A stretch of DNA of 64,000 nt, taken from assembly GCA_038883655.1 (NCBI GenBank), contig JAVZLQ010000002.1, positions 185,625-249,624 on the forward strand. Reading direction: 5' to 3'. The DNA is from Candidatus Bathyarchaeia archaeon. GTDB taxonomy: Archaea; Thermoproteota; Bathyarchaeia; Bathyarchaeales; Bathycorpusculaceae. A program made the position numbers and the translations under genes. The stretch's first letter is position 1. The number at the start of each line of letters is the position of its first letter. Below the pieces are notes generated by a model, which saw nothing but the letters and a program-made list of their open reading frames with translations, was not told the origin of the DNA and made no database searches. Shown here one piece after another: positions 9,915 through 20,119 of this stretch.

Positions 9915-10922
9915 CTACTTTACCCTTTCAAAGCGTATGATGTAAACAAGCTGGTTTTCGTCCCATTCCCCATAGCGTTCAATCCATTTCCGCTTAAACT
10001 CTTCTAGGGTGTAACCGCCCTCCCTTTTCGCGTCTTCTTCATCAAAATACTTCAGCTTCTTCCTTTCCACAGCAGTGATGCGCAAGTCCGCGACATGCGG
10101 TTCCCAGATGATGGCGCGGGCTACGGCTCCAACCTTAACCTTTGAGTCTGGCGCTTCGATGCTTGTGCGCTGTGTTTTAACTCCTTCAAGCAGAGGCTTC
10201 TTATCCTCAGCTGCGAAGGGCATTTCAAACGGCGCGCTTTTGACATCTTCAACAATTTTTTCTATGGGCTTTTCTGGTTCAAGTGCAACCTTCTTGATAA
10301 GCTCTTTTCGCTCTTTAACCGGAAGCCGCTCCTCAGCTAGCCTCTTAATAACCTCAACTTTCTTTTCTGGCTCCTTCAAAGAACGTCCAACAGCCACAGC
10401 AGTTTGATAATCAACTTTTCCTTCTGGCACATGCCCAGAAATAGTTGAAGGCGCAACATACCTATGCGCTTCTTCTGGAACGACCTCGGCGGCTTGAAGC
10501 CAAAGTGAAACAGCATTTACGCTTACACCTATCTTTCCAGCTAGGGCTGCCTTCGATGGATACTTAGCGCGGCATTTCTCCAGTAAATACTTGCACACCT
10601 TTCCCTTCTCGATCGCGTTTAAGTCTTCACGTTGAATGTTCTCGGTAAGGTTTAGTTGGACAACCTCGTCGTCGCTGTACGCTCTAACTATTGCTGGGAC
10701 TTTCTGTAATCCAGCCTGCTGCGAAGCCCTATAGCGCCTTTCGCCAACAACAACCTCGTACTCATCTGTGCCAGCTGGTCTAACTATTATTGGCTCGAGA
10801 AGCCCAACTTCACGTATGCTTGAAGCCAACTCATTAAGGCGTTCAATATTCAGCTCCAAACGCGGATTAAGCCTACTTGGACGAATCCGTTTAAGCTCTA
10901 TTTCCTTAATTGCTTCAGTCAT
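9915..10922 (-). CDS. ParB/Srx-HTH protein fused to a C-terminal ASCH domain
   Basis: NPR..LASSIREVGLLEPIIVR..VVGERRYRA, ENIQREDL; C-terminus GVKTQRT..EEDAKREGG..LEEFKRKW. Confidence 0.85.
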   Translation of the reverse strand: MTEAIKEIELKRIRPSRLNPRLELNIERLNELASSIREVGLLEPIIVRPAGTDEYEVVVGERRYRASQQAGLQKVPAIVRAYSDDEVVQLNLTENIQREDLNAIEKGKVCKYLLEKCRAKYPSKAALAGKIGVSVNAVSLWLQAAEVVPEEAHRYVAPSTISGHVPEGKVDYQTAVAVGRSLKEPEKKVEVIKRLAEERLPVKERKELIKKVALEPEKPIEKIVEDVKSAPFEMPFAAEDKKPLLEGVKTQRTSIEAPDSKVKVGAVARAIIWEPHVADLRITAVERKKLKYFDEEDAKREGGYTLEEFKRKWIERYGEWDENQLVYIIRFERVK

Positions 10923-10938
10923 GATTTACACCATGCGC

Positions 10939-11493
10939 TTACAATCCTATCTCGGAAGCCGCACCCTTCAAACCGTTTAGAGCTATTTCAAAAAACTTCT
11001 CTCTAGGAATTCCGATTTCCTCGCAGACGAGAATTCTTTCTCTGTCAGCGCCACGTGCAAAATCCTTATCCTTAAACTTTTTCGCGACGCTTTCAACCTT
11101 GACATCAGCCAACTTTTTAGAAGGCATAACTAAAGCGCAAGCTACAAGTAAACCCGAAACGGCATCAGAAGCAATCAACGCCTTTTCCATGCGAGTTTCT
11201 GGCATGACACCAGTATGCACAAAGTTATGCGCCTTAACCGCACGGACAACCTCCTCCGGCACAAGTCCTTTCAAAATTTCCTCAGCCAAGAGGCTATGTC
11301 TCTCTGGATTCGCCTCAGTCTTCTCATAATCCACATCATGAAGCAAGCCAACCAACCCCCACAATTCTTCGCTCTCTCCAAAATGTTTCGCCAAACTTCG
11401 CATTATTGCCTCAACAGCAAGCATGTGATAAACAACATTACGTTTGGTGACATGTTTCTTGACAAGGTTTAAGGCTTCATCACGCGTTAGCAA
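10939..11493 (-). CDS. HDIG/HD-domain phosphohydrolase
   Basis: HMLAVEAIM, GLLHDVDYE, AH, KKFKDKDFARG. Confidence 0.9.
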   Translation of the reverse strand: MLTRDEALNLVKKHVTKRNVVYHMLAVEAIMRSLAKHFGESEELWGLVGLLHDVDYEKTEANPERHSLLAEEILKGLVPEEVVRAVKAHNFVHTGVMPETRMEKALIASDAVSGLLVACALVMPSKKLADVKVESVAKKFKDKDFARGADRERILVCEEIGIPREKFFEIALNGLKGAASEIGL

Positions 11494-11556
11494 GAGCCCA
11501 CCCTAACCACACAATTTTGAGGTTTATCCTTATAAACTCTCAGGCAAGCAAATGAG

Positions 11557-12471
11557 CTATTCAAATCCTCCATACATCTGGTCTGGAGCAAGTATTCTTG
11601 GATATTTACTTCGTAGAAGCAACCTTGCGGCGTAGCACATGTGGCATGCATCAGCGTAGGCTTCTTCATGTGGCAAGTCAAATTCTTCAACCAGCGCTTT
11701 TGGACCGCCATTGATTAGAGGCTTAAGAATTGGATTTTCATGTGGATTGTACGTCTCAATTATTTTTGAGAATGACCTTTCCCAAGCATTGCCAATTGAA
11801 ATTCCTTGACAAACATGCACATAACCCAGCGGGTCTACATGAACACGCTCTGGACTAGCTAAATTTTCATATGGACATTTTGTATATTCAAGCCAGCTTT
11901 TCTTCTGCACTTTGTCAGCCAATTTTAAAGTTGCTCTGCCGCGGAACATTAAATCACAAAGGTCAACTTTCGCCCCTTCAATCTCACTGGGACATGGAGG
12001 CGCCACATCAGGGTATTTGACGGCTATAACCCCAACCTTTATGTTAAGCCTTTTTGCGGCTCTGACAGCGTTTTTCACATTTTCCGTTTCCCATACCTCG
12101 CCATGATAGATGTCGCTACTCGGGCTAAGTTCAACATCTCCTGCTTCAGCTATAGGCAATAACCATTCGACAGCATCATCCTGGCAGTTGGCCCAGTAAC
12201 AGTTTGAGAGAATCTCAACGTGGAAACCCATGTTCACTGCTTCTTTAACAGCCCTAACCATTATCGGGTAATAGAGAAACGGTTCTCCACCTTCTATCGA
12301 AATGTAATTCACGGTTCCAAGCTTTTTGGCAGAAGCCAAAATACTTCTTACCTGCTTGAGTGTGAAGGTGCCTTTCGATTCTGGGCTTCCCCAAACAAAG
12401 CAGTGATCACATTCTAAATCGCATTTGTAGGTTAGCAGAAAGTGAACACCTTTCAAATTCATTCGCACCAC
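11557..12471 (-). CDS. radical SAM protein
   Basis: TYKCDLECDHC, EGGEPFL, C-terminal CHMC. Confidence 0.9.
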   Translation of the reverse strand: MVRMNLKGVHFLLTYKCDLECDHCFVWGSPESKGTFTLKQVRSILASAKKLGTVNYISIEGGEPFLYYPIMVRAVKEAVNMGFHVEILSNCYWANCQDDAVEWLLPIAEAGDVELSPSSDIYHGEVWETENVKNAVRAAKRLNIKVGVIAVKYPDVAPPCPSEIEGAKVDLCDLMFRGRATLKLADKVQKKSWLEYTKCPYENLASPERVHVDPLGYVHVCQGISIGNAWERSFSKIIETYNPHENPILKPLINGGPKALVEEFDLPHEEAYADACHMCYAARLLLRSKYPRILAPDQMYGGFE

Positions 12472-12580
12472 CTGTTAAAGGTTATATTGTTGATTGTGGA
12501 ATTAAATGTTGGGACGCTTTAAAAGTCGCGCTTTTGTGGGCGGAATTAGGTAAAGTATATAATGTTGTTCAAAGTCCATT

Positions 12581-13681
12581 TTGCTTCATTGCTGGTGTAA
12601 AGCGCTGATGGATTCGCTGAAGTTTAAGCTTACGTGGAAAAGTTTAATTCTGCCAGCGCTTGGAATAGTTGCTTTCATCATATACATTTATCTCTTCAAC
12701 GTGGACATACCAAAAATAATTGATATAATTAAAAAAGTAGACCTTTACTTTTATTCTTGGGCAATAATCTTCCTTTTTCTTCAGACATTCTTTTTCGCGC
12801 TTTCATGGCGCTTTTTGGTAAATTTTCTTTCAGTCAAGCTTTCGGTTGTAAGGGCATTCTTCTATGTTTGGTACGGCATTTTCATAGACATAATTATACC
12901 AGCAGAATCGCTAAGCGGAGAACTTTCAAAAGTATATTTAATTGCCAGGGAGCAAAACGGCACAAGCGGGAAAGTAGTTGCATCGCTTGCTGTTCAAAGA
13001 TTCATTGGAATGACGGTTAACGTACTAACGCTGCTCATGGGTGTCGGTCTGTTAATAGCCAAGGGAAAACTTGGCGGAATAATCCTAAACTTGGCTGTTT
13101 TCTTAACAATAACGATAACAGCTTTTCTTGCGGCTCTGCTCCTTCTATGCATAAAGGAGGAGTGGACCAAGAAAATTGTCGACTCAATTCTGAGGTTTGT
13201 TGAATGGATTGGACGTGGGCGCTTAAAACTGACAAAAATTAAGCGAGAAGTTGCTCAAGCCCTGCGAATTTTCCACGATTCAATGAAAAGTTTTGGACAT
13301 GCATACAAAACGCTTTTTGCGTCATCAATGTTTTTTATTGCCGCGTGGATCCTAAGCCTAGCATTGGATTATCTCATTTTTATGTCTGTGGGTTCCCCTG
13401 TGCCTTGGGAAGTCATAATGGTATCCGCCTCAATTTTTGTCGCTGTAAAATCGATTCCAATAGGCGTGCCCTTTGAGATCGGATTGCCGGAAATAACCAT
13501 GACGACGCTGTACATTGCTTTTGGTGTACCTCCAGATATAAGCGCGACTGTTACGGTTCTAAATAGGATTTTGACTTTGTGGCTTCGGTTTTTCGTTGGG
13601 TTTGCAATTCAAGAGTGGATTGAAATAAAGGCTATAAGAATGTTTAACCAAAGCGCAAGTGAAACGGCAGACAAAACCTAA
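12581..13681 (+). CDS. UPF0104/lysylphosphatidylglycerol-synthase-TM flippase-like membrane protein
   Basis: Multi-TM; IIPAESLSGE, PFEIGLPE, RILTLW. Confidence 0.85.
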   Translation: MLHCWCKALMDSLKFKLTWKSLILPALGIVAFIIYIYLFNVDIPKIIDIIKKVDLYFYSWAIIFLFLQTFFFALSWRFLVNFLSVKLSVVRAFFYVWYGIFIDIIIPAESLSGELSKVYLIAREQNGTSGKVVASLAVQRFIGMTVNVLTLLMGVGLLIAKGKLGGIILNLAVFLTITITAFLAALLLLCIKEEWTKKIVDSILRFVEWIGRGRLKLTKIKREVAQALRIFHDSMKSFGHAYKTLFASSMFFIAAWILSLALDYLIFMSVGSPVPWEVIMVSASIFVAVKSIPIGVPFEIGLPEITMTTLYIAFGVPPDISATVTVLNRILTLWLRFFVGFAIQEWIEIKAIRMFNQSASETADKT

Positions 13682-13710
13682 ATTATACTTTAACCTTTTT
13701 TCAATCGCTC

Positions 13711-14181
13711 TTGGTGGCGCAGATGCAAGTAACAGTTGAAGACGCTTCTCCTAAACATTTAGATAGGCTTTACGAGATTGAAATTAAATGTTTTGAAAAG
13801 GAAGCCTTCACGAAAGAGCAAATTGCCAGCCTCCTCACGAATTATAACGCGATAGGCTTAATTGCAAAATTGAACGAAGAAATAGTTGGCTTTATCATCG
13901 GCATGTTACATCAAGAAGAGGGCAAGACTGTTGGGCACATTTTGACTATAGATGTTTTGCCAGAATATCGCAGAAGGGGTATAGGGTTAAGACTCTTAAA
14001 CGAAATTGAGGAGATTTTTAGGGGCAAAGGCGCAAATGTCTGCGTCTTAGAGGTTCGGGAAGACAATATTGCAGCTTTAAGGCTTTACAAGAAACTTGGA
14101 TACAAAAAGATTGCAAAGCTCAAATATTATTATGGAGACGCGCATGGCATTTTCTTGCGCAAAGATTTAACTCAAATTTAA
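13711..14181 (+). CDS. RimI/Ard1-like GNAT N-acetyltransferase
   Basis: HILTIDVLPEYRRRGIG, LEVREDN..ALRLYKKLGY. Confidence 0.9.
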   Translation: MVAQMQVTVEDASPKHLDRLYEIEIKCFEKEAFTKEQIASLLTNYNAIGLIAKLNEEIVGFIIGMLHQEEGKTVGHILTIDVLPEYRRRGIGLRLLNEIEEIFRGKGANVCVLEVREDNIAALRLYKKLGYKKIAKLKYYYGDAHGIFLRKDLTQI

Positions 14182-14592
14182 GAGTTTCAGTTTAGTTTTT
14201 TCGTCAAAAGCCCTTTGGAGAATTACGTTCTCAAACGCAATTATTACTAGTTCAGCGGTTGCGCCCACAATCGAATTTTTCATTAAGTGTCCGCCGAATG
14301 CCTCGCATTTTTCGTTTGAGACAACAATGTGCGCATGAATTACTGTTTCGCCATTTTCGTCTACAGCGATGTTTCCCATGCAAGAAGCTATTTCAAGGGG
14401 CCCATCGATCCTTTTTGAGTAATATTGTCCCTCCCTGTAGAAGCCAAGCACAACCTCCTTTAAACTTCCAATTAGGATGAACATTCCCGCTTTTACCACG
14501 CTTTCCTCAGCCCTTTTCTTGATTGCATCAGCCAAGTCCTCCCCCTCTAAAAGGCGGAAAATGTAAACTTTTCCAATACTTCCTTTTGGCAT
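14167..14592 (-). CDS. PPC/DUF296 domain protein
   Basis: RLLEGEDL, EIASCMGNI, HAHIV, GGHL. Confidence 0.9.
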   Translation of the reverse strand: MPKGSIGKVYIFRLLEGEDLADAIKKRAEESVVKAGMFILIGSLKEVVLGFYREGQYYSKRIDGPLEIASCMGNIAVDENGETVIHAHIVVSNEKCEAFGGHLMKNSIVGATAELVIIAFENVILQRAFDEKTKLKLLNLS

Positions 14593-14652
14593 TATCTGCC
14601 CTCCAACATTGTTTGAAACGTAAACTCTAAAAGGAGCTATGTCAAATATGTT

Positions 14653-14937
14653 TTGTGGTGGAAATTGCGCAGTAAAAAGAAGCGTGGAGAATCTCAGAGG
14701 CTTGTTAAGGCTATAGTTGTTCTTATTCGGAACACTACTTGGCGATGTGGCAGGCTTGAGAAGTCTATAGTTAGGCACCTTTATGCGCGTAAAGCTGGTT
14801 TTGGAAAGCCGGAGGCTCCAGTCACGGACATGATCAGAAGTTTTAATTTGTCTGGGAAAAAACGGAACGAATTTTTAGACGCGATTAGGCGTTTGGAGAG
14901 AAGGAATATCGTAAGAATCTTAAGCGTTATGAACTAA
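14653..14937 (+). CDS. hypothetical basic protein, possible winged helix
   Basis: LEKSIVRHL...FLDAIRRLERRNIV; start uncertain. Confidence 0.45.
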   Translation: MWWKLRSKKKRGESQRLVKAIVVLIRNTTWRCGRLEKSIVRHLYARKAGFGKPEAPVTDMIRSFNLSGKKRNEFLDAIRRLERRNIVRILSVMN

Positions 14938-14954
14938 CCCTTTAAAGGCTATCA

Positions 14955-15443
14955 CTAATATTTTTCAGTGAGCCTTTTTGCCTCGCTAATCCATCTGCCA
15001 GTTATTTTCGGCGAAATTTGGAGCTTTGAGGCTAAGTCCTCTGCTGAAGCTTTCGCTAGGTCTTCAAGCGTATTTATTCCAAGAGCCTTTAGCTGTTCTG
15101 AACGTTTTGCTCCGATACCCTTAACTTTTGTAAGTTCTGATGTGGGCAGCATCGACAATGGAGCAGCTTCAACAGTTATCTCCTTTTTCTCCTCTTGTAC
15201 TGTTTCGATGGTTGGTGATGGAGCGGGTGCAGGCTCTGGTGTTGGCGTAGGCGTTGGTGTTTGTGGCAGAGGTGCCGCTTGAGGTTTTGGTCTTTGAGTG
15301 TAACCTAACCCTATGAATAGAAATCCTAAAACCGTCGTTGTTATTATCCATAGTGGTTTAAGTTCAAGTTCGACGAATACGACCATTAGAGTTATGATGA
15401 AAAATATTATTGCCACTGCATAAAGGGCGTAATCTGAACGCAT
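14955..15443 (-). CDS. membrane-anchored helix-hairpin-helix (DUF4332-like) protein
   Basis: Two N-terminal TMs, Pro/Thr linker, LTKVKGIGAKRSEQLKALGI HhH. Confidence 0.8.
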   Translation of the reverse strand: MRSDYALYAVAIIFFIITLMVVFVELELKPLWIITTTVLGFLFIGLGYTQRPKPQAAPLPQTPTPTPTPEPAPAPSPTIETVQEEKKEITVEAAPLSMLPTSELTKVKGIGAKRSEQLKALGINTLEDLAKASAEDLASKLQISPKITGRWISEAKRLTEKY

Positions 15444-15563
15444 ACTTTTCTTCTCCCTACCCCATCTATGTTTTATGGAAGAGTTTAAATAATTTTCTAA
15501 ATTTCTGACATAAAAAGGCGGAAATTCGCTATTTTTGACGTTTCTTTCACCTTAATTTCAGCT

Positions 15564-16946
15564 TCACTTAAGCAGTTCTTCTTCTGGTGGGGGCTTCTTT
15601 ATTAAGCCATGCTTCATTAAAAGTTGTAAAGATTCTCTGGCATTCTGAATTATCGCAACGGCTCTCTCGTAAAGCTCTTGTCTGCTCAGCTTAACTCTCG
15701 CCACACCTTCTTCTATAGACTTAAGCGCGCATGCAACAGCTTCTCTTGGAAACACTTCCCACTCCTCCATCCTCGGCAGGATATCCTCCTCATGCATCCC
15801 ACGCTCTTCCGCAAACTTTGCAAGCTCTTGAGCCGCGGCAATGCACATGTCATCTGTAACAGTTTTCGCCTTAACATCTAGAACTCCGCGGAAAATCGCT
15901 GGAAAGCCAAGGCTATTATTAACCTGATTTGGAAAGTCGCTCCTTCCAGTGGCTACTATGCGGGCTCCAGCCTCTTTTGCCTCCCAAGGCCATATTTCAG
16001 GAATCGGATTTGCACACGCAAAGATTATTGCGTCGTCAGCCATAGTTGCAACCCATTCTTTCTTTATTGTGCCTGGCCCCGGCTTTGACGCTGCCACTAC
16101 AGCGTCTACGCCTTTGAAGGCTTCTGCTATGTCGCCTTTTCTTCCTTCGCCATTAGTTATCTGTGAAAGTTCGTATTTCCATGGGTCTTCCTCTTTTTTG
16201 ATGTCCTCTCTTCCCGGGTAGATTATGCCTTTTGTGTCTACCATTATTATGTTGGCGGGTTTCATTCCCCACCTTATTAGGACGTAGGCTGTTCTGATGT
16301 TGGCTGCGCCCGCTCCGACGAGTGTTACGAGGCTTTCTTTTGGCTTTTTGCCAACTATCTTGAATGCGTTTATCAAGCCTGCAAGTATTACCGTCGCTGT
16401 GCCCTGCTGGTCGTCGTGCCACACTGGAATTTGTAGGCGTTTTCGCGCCTCTTCAAGCACGTAGAAGCATTTTGGCTTTTCAATGTCTTCTAGGTTTATT
16501 CCGCCAAATGATGGTTCAATGAGTTCGCACGCGCGAATTATTTCTTCTGGATCCTTTGTCTTTAAGCATATTGGAAAGGCGTCTACACCGCCCAAGTACT
16601 TGAAGAGTAGGGCTTTTCCCTCCATAACTGGCATGGCTGCTTCTGGTCCAATGTCGCCTAAACCCAAAACGCGTGTGCCGTCTGAAACTACTGCCACGTA
16701 ATTCCACCTATTTGTCAGTTCAAAGGATTTGTCTGGGTTTGCTTGGATTTCTTTACATGGTGCGGCGACGCCTGGTGTGTACCATATTGCGAAGTCAGCA
16801 GGGCTTGTTATGGCGCATTTAGGCATGACTTGAACTTTACCTTCATAGAACTTGTGCATTGGCGGAGCTAGCTGCGAAGGCTTTTTTGCTTTTGCCAACA
16901 ACTCTTCCACCGTAGGTTTTCTTTCTTCTTTTTTAACTGGGCACAT
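15564..16946 (-). CDS. NAD(P)-dependent malic enzyme
   Basis: YTPGVA, DGTRVLGLGDIG, NLEDI, HDDQQGT, GAGAA, NQVNN. Confidence 0.96.
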   Translation of the reverse strand: MCPVKKEERKPTVEELLAKAKKPSQLAPPMHKFYEGKVQVMPKCAITSPADFAIWYTPGVAAPCKEIQANPDKSFELTNRWNYVAVVSDGTRVLGLGDIGPEAAMPVMEGKALLFKYLGGVDAFPICLKTKDPEEIIRACELIEPSFGGINLEDIEKPKCFYVLEEARKRLQIPVWHDDQQGTATVILAGLINAFKIVGKKPKESLVTLVGAGAANIRTAYVLIRWGMKPANIIMVDTKGIIYPGREDIKKEEDPWKYELSQITNGEGRKGDIAEAFKGVDAVVAASKPGPGTIKKEWVATMADDAIIFACANPIPEIWPWEAKEAGARIVATGRSDFPNQVNNSLGFPAIFRGVLDVKAKTVTDDMCIAAAQELAKFAEERGMHEEDILPRMEEWEVFPREAVACALKSIEEGVARVKLSRQELYERAVAIIQNARESLQLLMKHGLIKKPPPEEELLK

Positions 16947-17246
16947 TACAATCCTTCCCTTTTATGGAATGTTGTGTTCTGCTTATTAGAGCTTTAAGGA
17001 TTGCGGTGAATTTTGAAAGAAGCGTTCAACTAATCTGTCTATTTGAAACCAAATTCTAAGCACAAATTTTGCTAATTCATACTTTCTTCATTTATATTTA
17101 AAACGGAACTATATGCCGTAAACTCAAATTGGTATCGTAGAAAATAGGAAAATTTTATTCCATAGAATATTTAAGCGAGGCCGAAATTAAACTAAAAGAA
17201 AATAAGAGCTAACAAAGATGTGCGAAAAATATAGCGCCGCGTGTTC

Positions 17247-17732
17247 CTAATACCTTCTTCGGAACCCGCCTCTTCTCTCGTTTCTGCCGAAGTCTCTTCT
17301 TCCACGTCCCCTGAATGGACGTCTCTGCTGTTCATAAACCTTGTTTGACATGTTGTTTTCGGTGTTAACTTCAACGGCTAACGCTTCCTTTGCAACTTCT
17401 AATGTGCCGAACCTTCCAACGTTTAGGCGCATGTTGCCCTTAAAAAGTGTCACGTAGCCATTGCCTATGTTTATTGTGTCACCTTCATGCACCTTTTCGA
17501 TGTTGTCGTCCCAAAGCGTTAGGTAAACGCATCCTGTTTCGTCGCCTATCAGTGCGTCGCAGACGCGGTGTGGCGCGCCGTCTCTTCCAGCGGCTATGTT
17601 GCGTATGTCACTTTTTGAAACAACCTTTGCTTTCACATTAACTGCCCTTGAGGCAGGGCTTAACTCGGCTATTTTCACGTCTACTGGTTGTCTACTTCCC
17701 GAAAAACTTTCAACAGCCAAACCTTTCAACAC
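17247..17732 (-). CDS. ssb: single-stranded DNA-binding protein (single OB fold, R/G-rich tail)
   Basis: IGDETGCVYLTLWD, NGYVTLFKGNMRLNVGRFG, RGRGRR tail. Confidence 0.88.
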   Translation of the reverse strand: MLKGLAVESFSGSRQPVDVKIAELSPASRAVNVKAKVVSKSDIRNIAAGRDGAPHRVCDALIGDETGCVYLTLWDDNIEKVHEGDTINIGNGYVTLFKGNMRLNVGRFGTLEVAKEALAVEVNTENNMSNKVYEQQRRPFRGRGRRDFGRNERRGGFRRRY

Positions 17733-17806
17733 CTACATAGTATAACAGACAAAAATAACGGGCTTGAACACTTAAGGCTTTTGGTTTGAATTGTGAACAG
17801 CACAGT

Positions 17807-18904
17807 CTATATTAGGAATTTGCCGTTTTTGTAGAAGAGTTTGCCGTCCGCGTAGATTTCGCCGTCCCTCTTCATATCCTTAAGAATATCCCAGTGGATT
17901 GCCGACTTATTTAAGCCTCCAGATTCTGGGTAGGAGTTGCCAAGTGCAAGGTGAATTGTTCCGCCCATTTTTTCGTCGAAGAGCATGCTCTTTGTAAACC
18001 TTGTTATTGCGTAGTTTGTTCCAATGGCGATTTCGCCTATACGATCCGCACCTTCAACCTTTAGGATTTGCTGCAAAAATTCGTTGCCCTTCACCGCCGA
18101 AGCCTTAACAACTTTGCCGTCCCTAAAGGTGAGCGTTATGTCCTCAACTTCTCTGCCTGCAACTATTCCTGGAAAAGTGAAGCGTATTGTGCCATTCGCT
18201 GAATTTTCAATTGGTGCTGTGAAGACTTCGCCGTCGGGCATGTTTTCCTTTCCATCGCAGTTTATCCACTTTCTCCCCTTAACGCTGAAAGTTAGATCTG
18301 TGTCCTCGCCAACAATTCGGATTTCGCTTGTTTGGTTTAAAAAGTTGCAAATTTGTTCTTGTTTGTCATGAATTTGTTTCCATTCCGCGATGGGGTCTTC
18401 CTTATCGACGAGGCAGCTGCCATAAACAAAGTCTTCGTATTCAGTTAAAGCCATAGCAGCCTCTTGCGCTTGCGCCTCAATAGGATATGGCAAAACAGTC
18501 CACCGCAATTTTCCCTCTGCAACACGTTTACGGAATATCTCGCTAATTTCTGCCCGTGAAGACGCGTGAAGACGCACCTTTTCTGGATCTATGTTTGTCA
18601 GTCCCTTCGGGTTCGGCTCGCAATAAACGCGTATGTTCACGTCGATGTTTTCAACCAGAAACCTTTCAAGTGGAGAAACAAAGGTGAGCTGATGTTCCTT
18701 CGCGTATTTATAAAATGTGTATGCAACATCAATGTTCGCTAAAATAAAGGGATGAGCATCCTTAAGCAAACACTGCTTGTAAACTTCATTCAGCAATGGA
18801 AAAGCCAGATCACTCCCTTGAATAGTAACGAACTCATTTGGCTTGACGCTAACACTATATTCGACACAGAGCCTTGCAAGCTTTTCAATTCTGGGATCAA
18901 CCAT
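17807..18904 (-). CDS. M29 aminopeptidase (AmpS/AmpT-like)
   Basis: NMPDGEVFTAP, GEIAIG, LFDEKMGGTIHLALG, SAIHWD. Confidence 0.93.
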   Translation of the reverse strand: MVDPRIEKLARLCVEYSVSVKPNEFVTIQGSDLAFPLLNEVYKQCLLKDAHPFILANIDVAYTFYKYAKEHQLTFVSPLERFLVENIDVNIRVYCEPNPKGLTNIDPEKVRLHASSRAEISEIFRKRVAEGKLRWTVLPYPIEAQAQEAAMALTEYEDFVYGSCLVDKEDPIAEWKQIHDKQEQICNFLNQTSEIRIVGEDTDLTFSVKGRKWINCDGKENMPDGEVFTAPIENSANGTIRFTFPGIVAGREVEDITLTFRDGKVVKASAVKGNEFLQQILKVEGADRIGEIAIGTNYAITRFTKSMLFDEKMGGTIHLALGNSYPESGGLNKSAIHWDILKDMKRDGEIYADGKLFYKNGKFLI

Positions 18905-19030
18905 AAACGAACCCAGCCGAAATATTCTATAGGGGAGGTCTATGTAAAAATTTTGTTGATAGAACCATATCAGCGGCAAACTTTAAAGTTAAGGTAAAGC
19001 AAACCTAATATTAGTGAAGAGAGGATCAAG

Positions 19031-19407
19031 ATGAAGTTTATAGAATTTTTGAACTGTCAGAAAAAGAAATCGTATACATACTGCTCATCACGATTGCATT
19101 TGTTTTTGCTGCTTCGTGGATGCGTGTAAGCTTAGAAACGATATATACGGACACTTCAGATTATCCCGTTGTTGTTGAACATTATGGCTTCCCATTTGAC
19201 ATAATGAAAAAAATTAACACATACACCAACATGACAATTGCTTTTAGGGGAACCCTTGAATCGGTGGGGCTTGTGGAATCCACCATAGAATTTGTACCAG
19301 TTGGGATTATGCTTGATTTTTTGGCTTACGGAACCCTCTCACTCGTTATAATCAAAATATCAGAAAGGATGATGAATGAGATAGAATATTATAAACATAG
19401 GGATTAG
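19031..19407 (+). pseudogene. small membrane protein with apparent frameshift in a T5 run (pseudogene or sequencing error)
   Basis: ATG 19031 follows GAGGA; the hydrophobic ELSEKEIVYILLITIAFVFAASW lies in the frame of the 19120 ORF; one extra T at 19046-19050 joins them. Confidence 0.5.
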
Positions 19408-19491
19408 AAGATTAGAATAATCATTAAAATCCGTAGTAGTTTCCGAAATATCTAAATGCAGTTGAAGAAATCTTCATTTCACAGAATAACC

Positions 19492-19566
19492 GGGCCGGTA
19501 GTTCAGTTTGGTATGAACGCCTGACTTGCACTCAGGAGGTCGCGGGTTCAAATCCCGCCCGGTCCA
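19492..19566 (+). tRNA. tRNA-Ala(TGC), intronless, CCA not encoded
   Basis: Acceptor GGGCCGG/CCGGTCC with G3:U70; anticodon arm CCTGA-CTTGCAC-TCAGG; T-loop GGTTCAAATCC. Confidence 0.96.
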
Positions 19567-19634
19567 CTTAATTTTTTAAGCGTTCTGGCTCGTTCTTCGT
19601 ATAGAGGATTTTTCCAGAAATTATAAAAACTTGG

Positions 19635-20048
19635 GTGGAAGAAAGATTATTGTTGATGTGTATGAGGGGCAATTTTGTGTTGGTGGTTGTTGTGCTTCTG
19701 TTGTTAGGCGTGATTCTTCAGTTTCACGAAGCTAATGCCGTTGGTCTGGCGTTAGACCAGTGTGCTGATGATTTTGGCTCTGCTTGTAATATTCAGCTTG
19801 TTGAGGATTTTTGGCCTAACTTGACTTTGCCCAGGTATGGCGTTAGGCATAGGTTTCCAATTGACTATTCGGGTGGTTTAGGGGTTGATGGCGAAGCGGC
19901 TTTGGATTCGGTTGAGGATTCTGATGCTGAGGTTTTAACCGTTCCAGAGTTTCCGCCAGTTTTGATTTTGCCAGTTTTCCTCGCCTTAACATTGTTTGGC
20001 GTTGTTACTTGCAGGAAAAGCGCTTTGTTTCGTATGCGGCGCAGCTAG
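19635..20048 (+). CDS. small PEF-CTERM surface protein (archaeosortase substrate)
   Basis: Signal peptide; C-terminal VPEFP + TM + basic tail. Confidence 0.65.
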   Translation: MEERLLLMCMRGNFVLVVVVLLLLGVILQFHEANAVGLALDQCADDFGSACNIQLVEDFWPNLTLPRYGVRHRFPIDYSGGLGVDGEAALDSVEDSDAEVLTVPEFPPVLILPVFLALTLFGVVTCRKSALFRMRRS

Positions 20049-20119
20049 AAGAAGATTCCATAAAATTCATATTTGTAATTAATAATACTTTATTTGCCTA
20101 AAACGTAGGAGAGAGGAGA

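Noticed and set aside
15215-15280. Short tandem-like repeats
   Set aside because: Encode the Pro/Thr/Ala linker of the HhH protein
19492-19566. tRNA-Ala as attachment site of the integrated element
   Set aside because: No duplicate of its 3' end was found; the element's repeats match the radical SAM gene end instead
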